From Chiloscyllium plagiosum (lineage: Eukaryota), in NCBI RefSeq assembly GCF_004010195.1, contig NC_057718.1:64591123-64655122 (forward strand): DNA of 64,000 nt. The letters run 5' to 3'. Shown here in pieces: positions 13,678-26,369 of this stretch. Positions within the stretch are counted from its first letter, which is position 1. Every line of letters starts with the position of its first letter. A program made the position numbers and the translations under genes. The notes under the pieces are model-generated. The model made no database searches, had not been told where the DNA came from, and saw nothing but the letters and a program-made list of their open reading frames with translations.

Positions 13678-14000
13678 GACATTGGGACCGAGAAAAAAAC
13701 ATATGGGATGAAGAGCGCCAGCGGAACAGGAAATGGAGATTCCCGAGCCGTCCTTTCCACACTACATCTCGGAACTTGGGCTCTGCTTGTCACAGCCTCC
13801 ATTCAGCGGCCTCCTCCTTACTCCGCGGGTTTCCCGCTCTGTCACCACTGAACTCCTGCTCAAAATCCCTCGAGCTGCATTCGTCCGCTCAGTAGTGCCT
13901 TGGCACATGTCGGTTGACGTAAAGCCTACGTGATGACGTTGACGATTGGAACCGTTTATGTGCCCAGTTCGCAATGTGCGCATGTGTGTGTTTTCTTGCT
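13678..14000. promoter_or_regulatory. CpG-rich, promoter-like region of an unidentified gene
   Basis: High CpG density against a CpG-poor background. TGACGT at 13915 and 13934, ATTGG (CCAAT on -) at 13945, NRF1-like TGCGCATG near 13977. Abuts an assembly gap. Confidence 0.65.
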
Positions 14001-14365
14001 GTTGTTGGTGTCAGCCCACAGTACCTTGTTTAATTGTCTAACGCTGCTCTACTCACGACTGGATTTGGCACGATTGCAGGTTGTCTAAATTTTCATCTAA
14101 ATGAGATACCAACTTTGTAAAGAAATTCAGGAGTTGTATTATTTTCGTTGATCGTTCTGTGTCATTACCCGAGTGACTGACAAAGTTTGTGAATACTGAG
14201 AACATTGATCAGAGTTGGGTTTGTTCTGGAAATTTTATGATAGTGCCCAATGATCGACTGGAATCAGAGTTTCCTTGGATCCATAAAGTATTATTAATAA
14301 CATTGCCAGTTATTTCCCTTGGTTTATGCTGTTTTCTTTTATTGATGTTCCCCTCCTCTGTCTGT

Positions 14366-14485
14366 AAGGGCTTTAGCCCGAAACGTCGATTTTACTGCTC
14401 CTCGGATGCTGCCTGAACTGCTGTGCTGGATTAGCACCACTAATCCAGAATCTGGTTTCCAGCTTCGGCAGTCATTGTTTTTACC
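14366..14485 (+). mobile_element. Penelope-like terminal repeat fragment
   Basis: aagggctttagcccgaaacgtcgattttactgctcctcggatgctgcc. Confidence 0.75.
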
Positions 14486-14719
14486 CAGTTACTTTCTATG
14501 TCTATTTCCAACCTACATTCTTAAAGCCATCCTTAGACTATTGCTCCCCCACTCTATTTCTGTCATTCTTGCTCATCTTTTTATCTACTGTTATTTGTAC
14601 CCTGGCTATTTCTCTTTTGCTTTCTCTTTCTGCATTCTTTTCCAGAAAGATATTACAGAAAAACAAACAGTAGAAAATCCATAGAAAAAAAAATACAGTT
14701 CTAGACTCAATGGACATCC

Positions 14720-14880
14720 TAACAGCAAATAACTGCAGATGCTGGAATCTATACTGAAAACAAAAATGCTGAAAATCACAGTGGGTCAGACAGCTTCTGT
14801 GGAGAGAAAGCAAGCTAATGTTTCGAGTCTAGATAACTCTTCTTCAGAGCTGACGTGAAATGTGGAGGGGGCAACATTTA
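14720..14880 (-). mobile_element. Penelope-like terminal repeat of a second family, with hammerhead-like core
   Basis: Reverse strand CTGAAGA-A-GAGT(tatctag)ACTC-GAAAC at 14816-14847. Confidence 0.6.
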
Positions 14881-14889
14881 TGCAATGGT

Positions 14890-15745
14890 CACCAAATACC
14901 AGACTAATGCCATTCAACAGGTTTGCTGATGACACCACTATACTCGGTCGAATCTCAGATGGCGTTGAAACAAACTACTGACAGGAGGTGGAAAACCTGG
15001 AAAAATGGAGCACTGAGAACAACCTAATTCTCAATGCCGGCAAAACTCATTATTCACTTTCGGCAGGATGTTACTCATGCCCCCTACACATTAACAGCAT
15101 AGAGGTGGAACAAGTGGAGAGTGTCAAGCTCCTGGGAGTGGTCATCTACAACAAGCCTTCTTGGACTCTTCATGTGGACGCACTGGTTATAAAGGCCCAA
15201 CAGCATCACTTCCTCAGGCAGCTGAGGAAATTTGGCATGACGGTGAATACTCTTGCCAACTTTTATAGGTGCACCATCGAGAGCATCCTGTCTGGATGTA
15301 TCCCTACCTGGTATAGCAACTGTACCATTCAAGATCGGAGATGGTTACAGAGAGTGGTGAACTCAGCTCAGACAATCACAAAGGCCAATCTCTCATCTAT
15401 AGATTCCATCTACCAGGCCCACTGTCAAGGAAAGGCTGCCAGCATTCTTAAAGATCCAACCCACCCTGGCAATGTTTTTCTACAACTCTACCACTGGGGA
15501 GAAGGTACAGAAGCCTGAACACATGCACCAGTTGGTTTCAAAACAGTTTCTACTCTACTTTTGTTAGAATACTGAATGGACTCACAAACTCTTAACATTC
15601 GCCTGTACCTGTGTTTTTGTTTTTGCCGCTGTTTACCTATTATTTACTTATCTATGTCACTTAATTATGTGATCTGCCTGTATTGCTTATAAGACAAAGC
15701 TTTTCTCTGTGCCTTGGTACACGTGACAATAAATTCAATTCAATT
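14890..15745 (+). mobile_element. Rex1/Babar-like LINE 3' end
   Basis: FADDTT motif, then KAQQ..FLRQLRKFGM..LANFYRCTIESILSGCI.TWY, typical of the RT C-terminal extension. Ends in an (attca)n tail. Confidence 0.85.
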
Positions 15746-16204
15746 TGGTAGTGTTGGTGGTGGTGGTTCTTGGTAGAGTAGTTGGGAGGGTTTAAATTAA
15801 TGTGGCACACATAGGAACCATAGGCTTAGGGCAGTAGATGCAGAAGTTAAGGGGGAGGTAGAAACCAAGGCAAACATGACTAAGAGTGAGAGGCAGGGAA
15901 ACACTGCTGAAAAGAACAGAGGTGGTCTAAAATGCATGTGATTCAATGCAAGAATCATAATAGGCAAGGTAGATGAACTTAGAGGTTTGATTAGTACTTA
16001 CAACTGTGATATTATTATGATTACGGAGATTTGGCTGAAAGAGGGAAAGGACTGTTAGCTGAATGTCCTAGGGTTTAGATGTTTCGGGTTTGATTGTAAA
16101 AGGGATGGAGGAGCTGCAATACAGGATAAAGGTATCATAGCTGTACTGAAGGAGGATACATCCGAGGACTCGTGTAGTGAGAAAATATTTGATTTGATTT
16201 ATTT

Positions 16205-16472
16205 AGATTAGATTCCGTACAGTGTGGAAACAGGCCCTTCAGCTCAACAAGTGCACACCAACCCAGACCCATTTCCCCCTGACTAACGCACCTAACCTAT
16301 GGCCAATTCACCTGACCTGCACATCTTTGGAGTGTAGGAGGAGACCGGAGCTCCCGGAGGAAACCCACGCAGACACGGGGAGAATGTGCAAACTCAACAC
16401 AGACAGTCGTCCGAGGCTGGAATCGAACCTGGGACCCTGATGCTGTGAGGCAGCAGTGCTAACCACTGAGCC
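16205..16472 (-). mobile_element. HE1-type SINE
   Basis: gaggaaacccacgcagacacggggagaatgtgcaaact core and (ttaga)n tail. Confidence 0.9.
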
Positions 16473-16474
16473 AT

Positions 16475-17180
16475 TTATTGTCATGCTTACCCTAAGTACA
16501 ATGAAAAGCTTTGCTTACAAGCAATACAGGCAGATCATCGTAAGCAAGGATGTACAGACCATATGGTTGAAAAAAACTTAGAGGCACAGGTTACATCGCA
16601 CAGGGTGTGCGCAAGGCAAGATCAATATTAGCAAGATCAGCATTTTTTGAAGTTAGAGAATCCATGCATCAGTCTTACAACGACCAATAAAAAATTGTTA
16701 CTGAACCTGCTGGTGCGTGTGTTCAAGCTTCTGTATCTTTTGCCTGAAAGAAAAGGTTGTAGGAGAGCATTCCTGGGGTGCGATGGGCCTTTTATGATAT
16801 TGGCAGCCTTTCCGCTGCAATGAGCCGTGTAAGTGGAGTCCATGCATCGAAGGTTGGCCTCCGTGATGGTCTGCGCTGTGCATGCAACCTTCTGTAGTTT
16901 CTTAGGGTCCTGGGCAGATTAGTTGCCATACCAGGCCATTATGCACCTGCACAGTTTGCTTTCAATGGTGCATTTGTAAAAGTTGGTGGGGCGATTGTTC
17001 GGAATTTGGCAACACAGTTGTGGGTGTACAAGGAGTGCAATAGGAGGCTGAAGACACATCCTTGGGGGGCTCCAGTGTTTGAGTGTTATTGTGGAGGGGT
17101 TCCGTTTTTCTATCTTCACTAATTGTGGGTCAGAAAGCTGAGGATCCAGTTGCAGAGGGTGGAGCCAAGACCAAGATCTA
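16475..17180 (-). mobile_element. Rex1/Babar-like LINE fragment nested in CR1
   Basis: NFYKCTIES..CIMAWYGN and KAANIIK.PSHP. Confidence 0.8.
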
Positions 17181-19096
17181 CAACTCAGGAATAGCAAAGG
17201 TAAAATCACAATGCTAGGGGTATACTACAGGCCTTTCAACAGCCAGGGGGAGTTAGAGGAGAGGATATGTAGACAGATTTTGGAAAGAAGTAAAAATTGC
17301 AGGGTTGTTGTGGTTGGTCATTTTTAACTTCCCCTATATTGACTCAGACTCATTTTGTGCTAGAGGCTTTGATGGGGCAGAATTTGTAAGGACTATTCAG
17401 GAGGGCTTCTTGACACAGGATATAAACAGTCCAACCAGGGAAGGGGTTATACTGGACCCAGTTTTGGGAAATGAGCCCAGCCGAGTGAATGAAGGCTCAG
17501 TAGAGGAGCATTTTGCAAATAGAGACCATAATACCGTGAGTTTTAAGATATTCATAGATAGGAATAAAAGCAGTCCTCGGGTGAAGATGTTAAATTGGGG
17601 GAAGGTGAACTAAAGCAATATTGGATGTAGATGTTTTGGGTTTGATAGAAAGAGATGTAAAAGGGGTGGAAGAAGCAGAGTATATTGACTGAAGCCGGCT
17701 GTTTTTGAGGGTAGATCCATATTGGATGTGTGGGAGTATTTCAAACGGTAGTTGATAAGAGTTCAGGAGCGGCACACTCCTGCGAGAAAGAAGCATGGGT
17801 ACAGCAAGTTATGTGGACATTGGGTAACCAGGGATGTTATGACCTTGGTTAAATAGAAAGAGGAAGCATATGTAAAGTCAGGAAGGATAGGACCTGACAA
17901 AGCTGTTGAAGTGTATAAGGAAAGTAGTAAAGAACTTAAACAAGGAATTAGAAGGGCTAAGAGGGATCATGAAAAGTCATTAGCAAACAGGATTAAAGAG
18001 AATCCCAAGGCCTTTTATACATATATAAAAACAAGAGGGTAGCCAGAGAAAGGATTGACCCACTCAAGGACAAAGGAGGAAATCTATTTGTGGAGCCAGA
18101 AGAGGTATATGAAGTCTGAAACGAATACTTTGTATCACTGTTCACCAAAGAGAAGGAATTAGTGGAGGATGGTCTCAGGGAAGGGAGTGTCGAATTTCTA
18201 AGCCAAATTGCTAGTAAAAAGGACGGGTTGTTGTGCGTCTTCAAAAGTATTGAAGTAGATATGTCCCCAGATCCTCATGGGATCTATCCCAGAATGTTGA
18301 GAGAGGAAAGAGAACAAATTGTTGAAGTATTGGCAGACAACTTTATATCCTCTTTGGCCACACGTGAGGTTCCAGACAACTGGAGAAAAGCCAATGTTGT
18401 CCCATTGTTTAAAAAGGGTAGCAGGGATAATCCAGGAAATTACAGGTCCGTGAGCCTTATGTCGGTGGTAAGGAAATTATTGGAAAAGATTCTCAGGGAC
18501 AAGACCTGTACACATTTAAAAGCAAATGGACTTATTAGCGATAGATATCATGGTTTTGTCCGGGGAGGATTTAGCCTCAGTAACTTGACTGAGTTTTTCA
18601 AGGAGGTGACGAAGATGATTGAGGGAAAGGTGGTTGGTATTGTCTACTTGGACTTCAGTAAAGCCTTCGACAAGACCCCTCATGGCAGACTGGTATAAAA
18701 GGTGCTGTCACATGGTATCGGGATGAGCTGGCAAGATGGATACAGAGTTGGCTTAGTTATAGGAGACAAAGGATAGCGGTGGAAGGATGCTTTTCGGAAT
18801 GGAGAGTCATGACTAGTGGTGTTCCACCTGGATCAGTGCTGGGACCTCTGCGGTTTGCAGTCAACATAAATGATTTGGAAGAAAATGTAGCTGGTCTAAT
18901 TAATAAGTTTGCGGATGATACAAAGATTAGTGGAATTGTGGATAGTCGGGGGGGGGGGGGGATGTTAAGAGGATTGTCAGACGATACAGCAGGATATAGA
19001 TCAGTTGGAGGTGTGAGCAGAAACTTGGTTGGAGTTTAATCCTGACAAATGTGGGGTGATACATTTTTTGGAAGGTCAAGTACAGGTGGAAATTAG

Positions 19097-19527
19097 TTAA
19101 AAATCACACAACATCAGGTTACAGTCCAATAAGTTTATTTCAGAACAGTAGCTTTTGGAGCGCTGCTCCTTCAGGTGAGTGTGGAGAATAAAATTCTAAG
19201 ACACAGAGTTTGTAGCAAAAGTTTACAGTGTGATGTAACTGAAATTATATATTGAAAAAGACCCAGATTGTTTGTTAAGTCTCTCATCTTTTAGAATGAC
19301 AATGTAGGTTTCAGTTCTTTCATATGTAAATCGCAAAACATTTTTAAAAAGTTACATTCTCAAGTGCACTTTAACAATTGGTGTCATGTCAGCCCAGATA
19401 AGGTATTGAAGGTGTCAACTCCCTTTGAGGCTGTCTGTGCAGAATGTTCAGACTGATTCTAATCTAAAAAAACGATTTTGCAGAATCCTACATGGATTCA
19501 TGCAGTTTTTGAGCAAAGTAAAATGTA
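19097..19527 (-). mobile_element. Probable Penelope-like 3' terminal fragment (third family)
   Basis: Interrupts the CR1. Reverse strand has ctgaaGGAGCagcGCTCCaaaagct, a degenerate hammerhead-like motif. Confidence 0.5.
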
Positions 19528-19841
19528 CTTACACTATTACATTTTCATCCACATGTTTATCCAAAGACCATTTAAATACCCTTAATATTGGCGAGTCTAC
19601 TACTGTTGCAGATAGTGCATTCCATGCCCCTACTACTCTGAGTAAAGAAACTATCTCTGATATCTGTTCTATATCTATCGCTAACATTCTTATTTTTACA
19701 AAAGCAAAATACTGAACTTGCTGGACGTTTGAAATAAGAACAAAATGTGCTGGAAATACTCAGCATGTTAGGCAGGATCTATGTAAACATTTTTGGTCAA
19801 TGACCTTTCACCAGAACCAACTTAAGACAGGAGTATAGTAA
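19528..19841 (+). repeat. ~310-bp duplicate of 21774-22079
   Basis: Colinear, highly similar composite (CR1 tail plus terminal-repeat fragment) sharing the same internal junction. Confidence 0.9.
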
Positions 19842-21684
19842 TTATACAGTGAATGGCAGAACCCTTAGGAGTATTGACATGGAGAGGGATCTGGGTGTGC
19901 AGGACCACAGATCACTGAAGGCAGCAGTGCAGGTTGATTAGTTGTGAAAAAGGCCTGTATAATGCTTGCCTTCATTTAAAGTGGCATTGTGTATAAGGAT
20001 AGGCAAGTTATGCTGCAGATTTATGGAACTTTAGTTAAACCATGCTTGGAATTTGCATAAAGTGCTGTTGACAAGACTATCAGAAGGATGTGGATGCTTT
20101 GGAGAGGGTACAGGAAAGGTTTACCAGGATGTTGCCCATGTGATGATGCTGCCCCTTTAACAAGGTTATGTTGTTCTTGTTTATTTGTCAAGAGGGGTTG
20201 TAAAGGCAGAGGTGCTGATTTATCTGGAAATAGTTAGTTTGAACAATGCCTTGAGGAGTGGCCAGTTCTCTCGGTTCAGGTTTTTTTCTAGTTTGGTTTA
20301 GTTTTGGCTTTGAAGAACAGTTGGATAGATGGGTTTGTTTTCACTGGAACACAGGAGGTTAAGAGGCACCCTGACAGAAGTTTATAAGTCTGTGAGTGGC
20401 ATGGATAGAGTGGAAAATATGAGGCTTTTTCCCAGGGTGAAAGGGTCAATTACTAGGGGATACACGTTCAAGGTGCCAGAGGGGTGGGGGAAATTTAAAA
20501 GAGATCTGCGAGGCAAGTTTTTCACTCAGAGGTGATGAGTTCCTGGAACGTGATGTCAGAGGAGATGGTGGAAGCAGACACAATAGCAGCATTCAAGAAA
20601 TTAATCGATGAATAGGAAGAGAATAGATGGATACAGGATCCTATAAGTGAAGACAGTTTTAGTATGGAAGCGCAAAATGCGTCGGCACAGGCTTGGAGGG
20701 CTGAAGAGGCTGTTCCTGTGCCGTTTTTTTTTCTTCTTTGAGATATTGTTCCTCCTGTTTGCGCTGTGATTTGTCGGAACACTACAGTGTGCCAAGAGAA
20801 CATGCAAGCAGGATGCTGTGTTAAAATGACTGGCTAGAAGAAGGTTTGGGTCATGGACCAGAGGTGTTCAGGAGTAAAAATTAACCTAAAACAAATAGAA
20901 GTCTGGAAAGCGCTCATTCAAAAGATTGTAAATTCAGTAGCCTCGTTAATTTTCAGCACAAAATACACAAAACATAATGGATGAACGTTGGGTTGATGGA
21001 GATGAAGTAATTGAATGCCAAAAAAGTCTCAAGGAGCTGAATTGGTTTACTCCTATTCTTACATTTCAGGCACTCCTGTGCACCCACTAGTCACAATTTT
21101 CTTGGCACCAATTTGGAAGGAAGTGTCTTGCTTGCTGACTTGGACATGTTAAAGAAAAACTGTAAAATAAAGATGTATAAAGCAAATTAAACATTTAAAA
21201 ATAATCCAAGGCATTCTCAAGTTTTGACAGACTTGTGGTTTTGCCATAATTGTCTTAATTTTGTTTAGAAACCAAAACAGAATAAAAGAACAAATTTTGG
21301 AGTTAACATTTATTCTGTATGAGCATCGTACATTTCCAGAGAGAACTGCTTCGTCTCACTAGCTGGGTGTAGCAGCTCATGTTGCATAGCCCAACCTACG
21401 CTTCAAGGATTTTAGCAAGGTTACCAAAGCAAAGACTGAATGGCATTTCAAGTGTGCAAGCTTATTTTATGTCCTGTAAGTGCTCTTATGGTTCCCTCTA
21501 AACTGAACAGGAATAGTTAAAACTTTATTTTTCATTGTAACATTACATTTATGGTGGAATTGCAGGACACAATAAAGAACTGTGAAGAACAAGTTTTCTT
21601 TCAATTAGGAGTGAGGCATCTGATGTTTCTCACTCAAGGAATCAATTCTGCCATTGCTATTTATTTATGTCCAGAGTTTGAATC

Positions 21685-22800
21685 TACAGAACATAAAACA
21701 TTACAGCACAGTACAGGCCTTACGGCTTTCGATGTTGCACTGACCTGTCTGAACCAATCTGAAGCCCATCTATCTTACACTATTATATTTTCATCCACAT
21801 GTTTATCCAATGACCATTTAAATGCCCTTAACATTGGCGAGTATACTACTGTTGCAGACCGTACATTCCAAGCTCCTACTACTCTCTGAGTAAAGAAGCT
21901 ACTTCTGATATTTGTTCTATATCGATCGCTAACATTTTTACAAAAGCAAAATACTGAAGTTGCTGGATGTCTGAAATAAGAACAAAATATACTGGAAATA
22001 CTGAGCATGTTAGGCAGCATCTATGTAAACGTTTCTGGTTGATGACCTTTCACCAGAACCTAAGACAGGAGTACAGTAAGAATTTCAAACCAGTAAAAGA
22101 TGGTAGGAAACAAAGCTCTGTGGCTGGTGGAGGGAAGGGCTGATTGTACAACAAAAAAATTCATGATAAGACAAAGAGTGGCAATGGATAGTTTGGAAAA
22201 ACGAAGGTTCTGTCAAAATGGGATATGAATTGCATATAAAAACACATCTGAACGCCAATACGAAAGGTTGAAGAAAACAAACCAGATCAAAAACAAAGAT
22301 GGAGGCTGGGGTTATTATCAAAACTTGTTGAAAATCTAAAATAAAACAAAAAAGAAAATGAACAAACGTAGGTATGGCGGTATCTGTGGAGGCAAACATT
22401 CCACCCTTCCCTACATTCACCAACTGATTTCAGATCCTTCCTCAAATTCTCTGTCTCCATTCTTGGAGGTGGAGCTATCAAGTAATGTCCACTACAAACT
22501 CTCAGACTCCCACAGCTACCTTGACTGCTTTCTCACATCCGTTTTCATGACACCAATTTTTCACACCAGCGCTGTCAGCATGTCTTCATTTTCCCTTGAA
22601 CCTCAGATTCCCACTCAGCATGTCCATCCATTCCTATTTTCACCACTTCCCTTTCTTCCCAGAATCGTGGTATAGTTTTCCTTTGTTTTCAATTTCCACC
22701 CCAACAGACATCAGATTCAATGGATTGTCTTCTGCCATTTTGACCAGCACCAGCACATTATCACCAGCATTCCCTTTCAGTATTCCGTAAATTACATTCC
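21685..22800. mobile_element. Cluster of degenerate CR1 tail and Penelope-like fragments
   Basis: CR1 3' end on - (FFTQRVVGAWN) and a Penelope RT remnant (VHYKLSDSHSYLD). Confidence 0.6.
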
Positions 22801-23388
22801 ACATTGCAAGGCAGGTTGTAACTGTACTGGAACAGCTTAATTAAGGAAACGTCTATTTTCTTGTGACTGTGCCAACAACTATGAAAAATAGTGCTGCCTA
22901 TCTGATATTTAACTTGCACAAAGAAATGAGTGAAGTGCCATTGTGTAGCAAACCTGGCCAAAGCCTCTTAACACATTCAACTGTGGCAGGTGAAGTATCC
23001 AAACAAATATTCCTAATACACACATGTTATGATTCCAGATTAGTAAATCACATCAAATGCATCGAACTGGCTAACTATTTAATTAGACAGGTATCAAAAA
23101 GATCTGCACAGTTCCAGTGGATACATTTTTAGCTTAGGTTGCTTAAGCTGCTGATCAAAATTTTTAATCAGATCCCACTGTTATTGAGTCCTTAGTCATA
23201 GCAATTGCATGTAAACATTAAACATGTTAAACAGGAAAACAAGTTATGTTATTTTAGGAAATGGTAAAACATCTACATATGAGACCGACTCTTTTCTCTA
23301 GAAAACTGTCTCTGGTATAGCTCTGAAGATAGGTGTGGCTGAATATGTAAAATGAGCACCGCACCTCTAAGGACAAATACAACAGGTG

Positions 23389-23425
23389 TATATATAGATC
23401 ATATTCAGTGCCTTTGGCTTACTCT
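23389..23425 (+). promoter_or_regulatory. Putative TATA box plus initiator of the chitin synthase gene
   Basis: TATATATAG at 23389-23397 and an Inr-like TTACTCT with its A at 23421, about 30 nt downstream. No ATG lies between this point and the Kozak-context ATG (gaaATGG) at 23473. Confidence 0.6.
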
Positions 23426-23472
23426 AACTGAACGCACTTTGTAAATAACATTTATTAATCATTATTGAAGAA

Positions 23473-23525
23473 ATGGAGAGTAAGGATCAAGATACCAATA
23501 AGGCAAAAAGACTGCATAGAAGCAG
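23473..23525 (+). CDS. chs1: Chitin synthase coding exon 1 (MESKDQDTNKAKRLHRS-R)
   Basis: ATG with G at -3 and +4. Donor AG|GTAAAA, phase 2, joins exon 2 in frame. Confidence 0.72.
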
Positions 23526-24111
23526 GTAAAACCTTTAAAAATTATCTTGTGGTATTAGTTTATTTCTAAAACTGTATCTATAAACAATTCTGTAAAATAT
23601 TTAAAATATTATTTGATATATAGATTATGTGATATTAAATATCAGTTTTTAGAACTAGTTTTGCAAATTAAGTGAATAGTTGAAAATCTTTGGACACATT
23701 GTGTGGAGGGGAAACATCTGTGCCTAACAATATCTCAGTAATCGAAATAATTTCAGAGCAGTATGAAAGGAATTCTTGTTCAAGGTAACAAGGTATTAAA
23801 CACGCAAAATTGGTCAAATGCTGATTAGTTTTCTTTACAAAGTCAATTAATTGCAAATCATTTTTTCAAGTTGAACGCTGCAGTTTTTGAGAATTTGTAA
23901 TTGATGTTGAAGTGCAAAGAAATTCAAAATTGTATTGTTCACCTGCATACCTGCTCTGTCTCAGTTTTATTCATCACCAATTAAGATATGTAAAAATCTG
24001 GGTAATTTTACCCAAAATAAAACTAATTGAATTTTATATATTTAAATGATTATTCTTCAAAGGCCAATATGCAGTAGGTGCTGCATTATATATTTCTTTG
24101 TTTAGTTTCAG

Positions 24112-24247
24112 GAAAACATGGGATCCGTTTATGTTGAAAATGGTAAATGACGAAGAAGAAGTCACGGGGAAATTTGTGTTACTCTTGCAATACGTAATCT
24201 GCTTCATTTTTGGAGTCTGTGTACTGGGGTTAATCTTTCTCAGCAAG
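24112..24247 (+). CDS. chs1: Chitin synthase exon 2 (KTWDPFMLK...LGLIFLSK)
   Basis: Acceptor tttcag, donor AAG|GTCAGT. WDPF N-terminal motif typical of metazoan chitin synthases, followed by a TM helix ending in SK. Confidence 0.9.
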
Positions 24248-24669
24248 GTCAGTACATCCTTAAAGAAACAGCATTGAACATTTAAATAAAACTCTTAAAG
24301 TTATTCAGCACCTTTTGTTATGTTCCAAATCAATTACTGTAAAATTAATAATAGCATTATAGTGTTCCTTTCAATAACTTTTCAGATTTCAGGATGCCCA
24401 GAGCATTTTCACTACTCATTAATTATTTTTTGAAAAACACAGCATAAAATAAATAGTCAGAAGACTTGTTTTGAGTAGTCATTGAGAGATAAATATTGTG
24501 CGGGTAACTAGGATACCTCAAATAGTGCCATGGAACATTTTACACCCACCTGAGATTACAGACAGGGGCTTCAAATTAATGTTTCATCCAAAAGAAATCA
24601 GCTCATGACAGTGCAGCACTCCGGTCTACTATCGATCTAGTTTTGTTCTTAAGCCTTTGAATTGGGATT

Positions 24670-24752
24670 TCTGAGGGGTATCTGGTAGTTTCTAACTGGC
24701 ATCTGGTACTTTCTGAGGGGTATCTAGTAACCTCTGAGGGGTATCTGGTACT
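24670..24752 (+). repeat. Short tandem repeats of tctgaggggtatctggta
   Basis: Three near-identical ~18-bp units. Confidence 0.8.
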
Positions 24753-24829
24753 TCAGAAGATGAGTGAGATCAGAAAGATTGTAATGTTTCATTACAACTA
24801 CATTAATAACATGAGGATATGTTTTGGGA

Positions 24830-25015
24830 TGCAGTGGAGGCTGGTACAATTGCAACATTTTAAAAGGCATCTGGATGGGTATATGAATACGAAGGGTTTG
24901 GAGGGATATGGGCCGGGTGCTGGCAGGTGGGACTACATTGGGTTGGGAATATCTGTTCAGCATGGACATGTTGGACTGAAGGGTCTGTTTCCATGTTGTA
25001 CATCTCTATGACTCT
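24830..25015 (+). mobile_element. CR1 3' end
   Basis: FKRHLDGYMN..GLEGYG and a ctatgact tail. Confidence 0.85.
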
Positions 25016-26111
25016 AAATGGCATTAGTATGAAGCAAAACATATTAATGGACCAGAATTTATTGTAAACAAAAATGGCAAAGTGAACTGGACTCTGCATC
25101 ACTCATGTACAAATTAAAGAGAAGCTTTATTTCAGTGCAAATGGAAAGTTTAGGTACAAAAGTCTAGAATCCATGTGACAGGTAGTAGACTGGAAGTTAT
25201 GTAGGATGGCAGGTGGATAAAATGAGTAAGTGGGTGAGCTGTAGGTGGTTTGAGGGGAGTCAAGTTTAGCTGTGAAGTCAAGTCAGGTGATGGAAGGTGG
25301 GAAAGGATCATCAGATTGGATTGAGTTGGGCTAGTCAGCTGGTGGGGGGAAGCTGATTAGTCAAGTTGGAAGTTAGTTGGTTGGTAGGAGGTGGGCAGGG
25401 CCAGATCGGGTGTATGGTAGAGTGATCAGGATAATGCAGTTGGTCATGGTAGTCAGGTTGGACTGAAGAGATAATCAGGATTTTGATGGATATTCAGGAG
25501 ATCTGGGGTTGTGGCCAGGTCATTGGGGCTATTGTCAGGTTGTGCCAAGTCAGAGTGGTAATCAGGTTTTTGGGGTCTACTTCATTTTGGACTGACAACA
25601 GAGCATGATGTGTTGAAGGGAAGGATTTACTGACAGGAAGTGTTCTCAGCTTCAGTCTTTGTTCCACCCAGTGACCTGGTGGTAGGAGATACCTGATGTA
25701 CAGATCAGCCAAGGGGAGAAGTGAAGTCTGTTGGGTCACCAGGCTACCCAAAATGCAGCTAGTGGTATAAGGAAAGGGCATATCTTGCTTTCTCCCAAAG
25801 ATACAACACTGCGATAGATTACTTCTTTGGATACTGTGCTCCTCATTTCTGGAAAAGCTGGGCTCAGAAGACCTCACAAAAAAGTTCAGAGCAGTGTCTG
25901 ACATGGAAAGGTTCAAGCAAAGCAATAACCCAATGATGATTGCTCACTTTCAAACTTTGATTAATTAATTCCAACCAGTGATAGGGTCATCACTTTTGCT
26001 GCTGTAAATGCTGTGACAAAATATCATGGAAAGAAGTCACTAATTTGTAGTTTTCTGACATTTTAGTGAGTGGTATTTGTGTTGAAGAATATGCACTTTT
26101 ATGTTTCACAG

Positions 26112-26291
26112 GCCAGTCTTCTGTTACTGATCAGTGCTTCAAACAGTGAATCACCTTTTGAGAACAAACCTTTCACTCACCTTGTCCTCGCTTGTGCATT
26201 AGTTGTACCTAATGTTCTGGCCTTGGCAAAGGCCTTATGGAAGGTATCATTTGGATCATCCGATGCTCCTTCACTTAATATTCTAGGAATG
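26112..26291 (+). CDS. chs1: Chitin synthase exon 3 (ASLLLLISA...LNILGM)
   Basis: Acceptor tttcacag, donor ATG|GTAAGA, 180 nt, phase 0-0, hydrophobic. Confidence 0.9.
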
Positions 26292-26369
26292 GTAAGATGT
26301 TTTTTAAAATTCAATTTAAGAGCTTTCAGGTTTTCTAGAAAAAGAAATTAAAGGAATAGAAGGGTATAT

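Larger units (their letters stand above)
15770..20730 (+). mobile_element. Long CR1 LINE (near-complete degenerate ORF2) interrupted by nested insertions
   Basis: FNAR..GKVDELR (endonuclease), PTREGVILD, WRKANVVPLFKKG, DFSKAFDK, KFADDTK and a 3' UTR. Confidence 0.9.

Noticed and set aside
13115..13895. Long ORFs in the track spanning 13.1-13.9 kb
   Set aside because: Artefacts of translating through the N gap.
25180..25580. G-rich degenerate gtcagg-like repeats (also 11740-12180)
   Set aside because: Low-complexity sequence with no regular period or spacer structure; not a CRISPR-like array.
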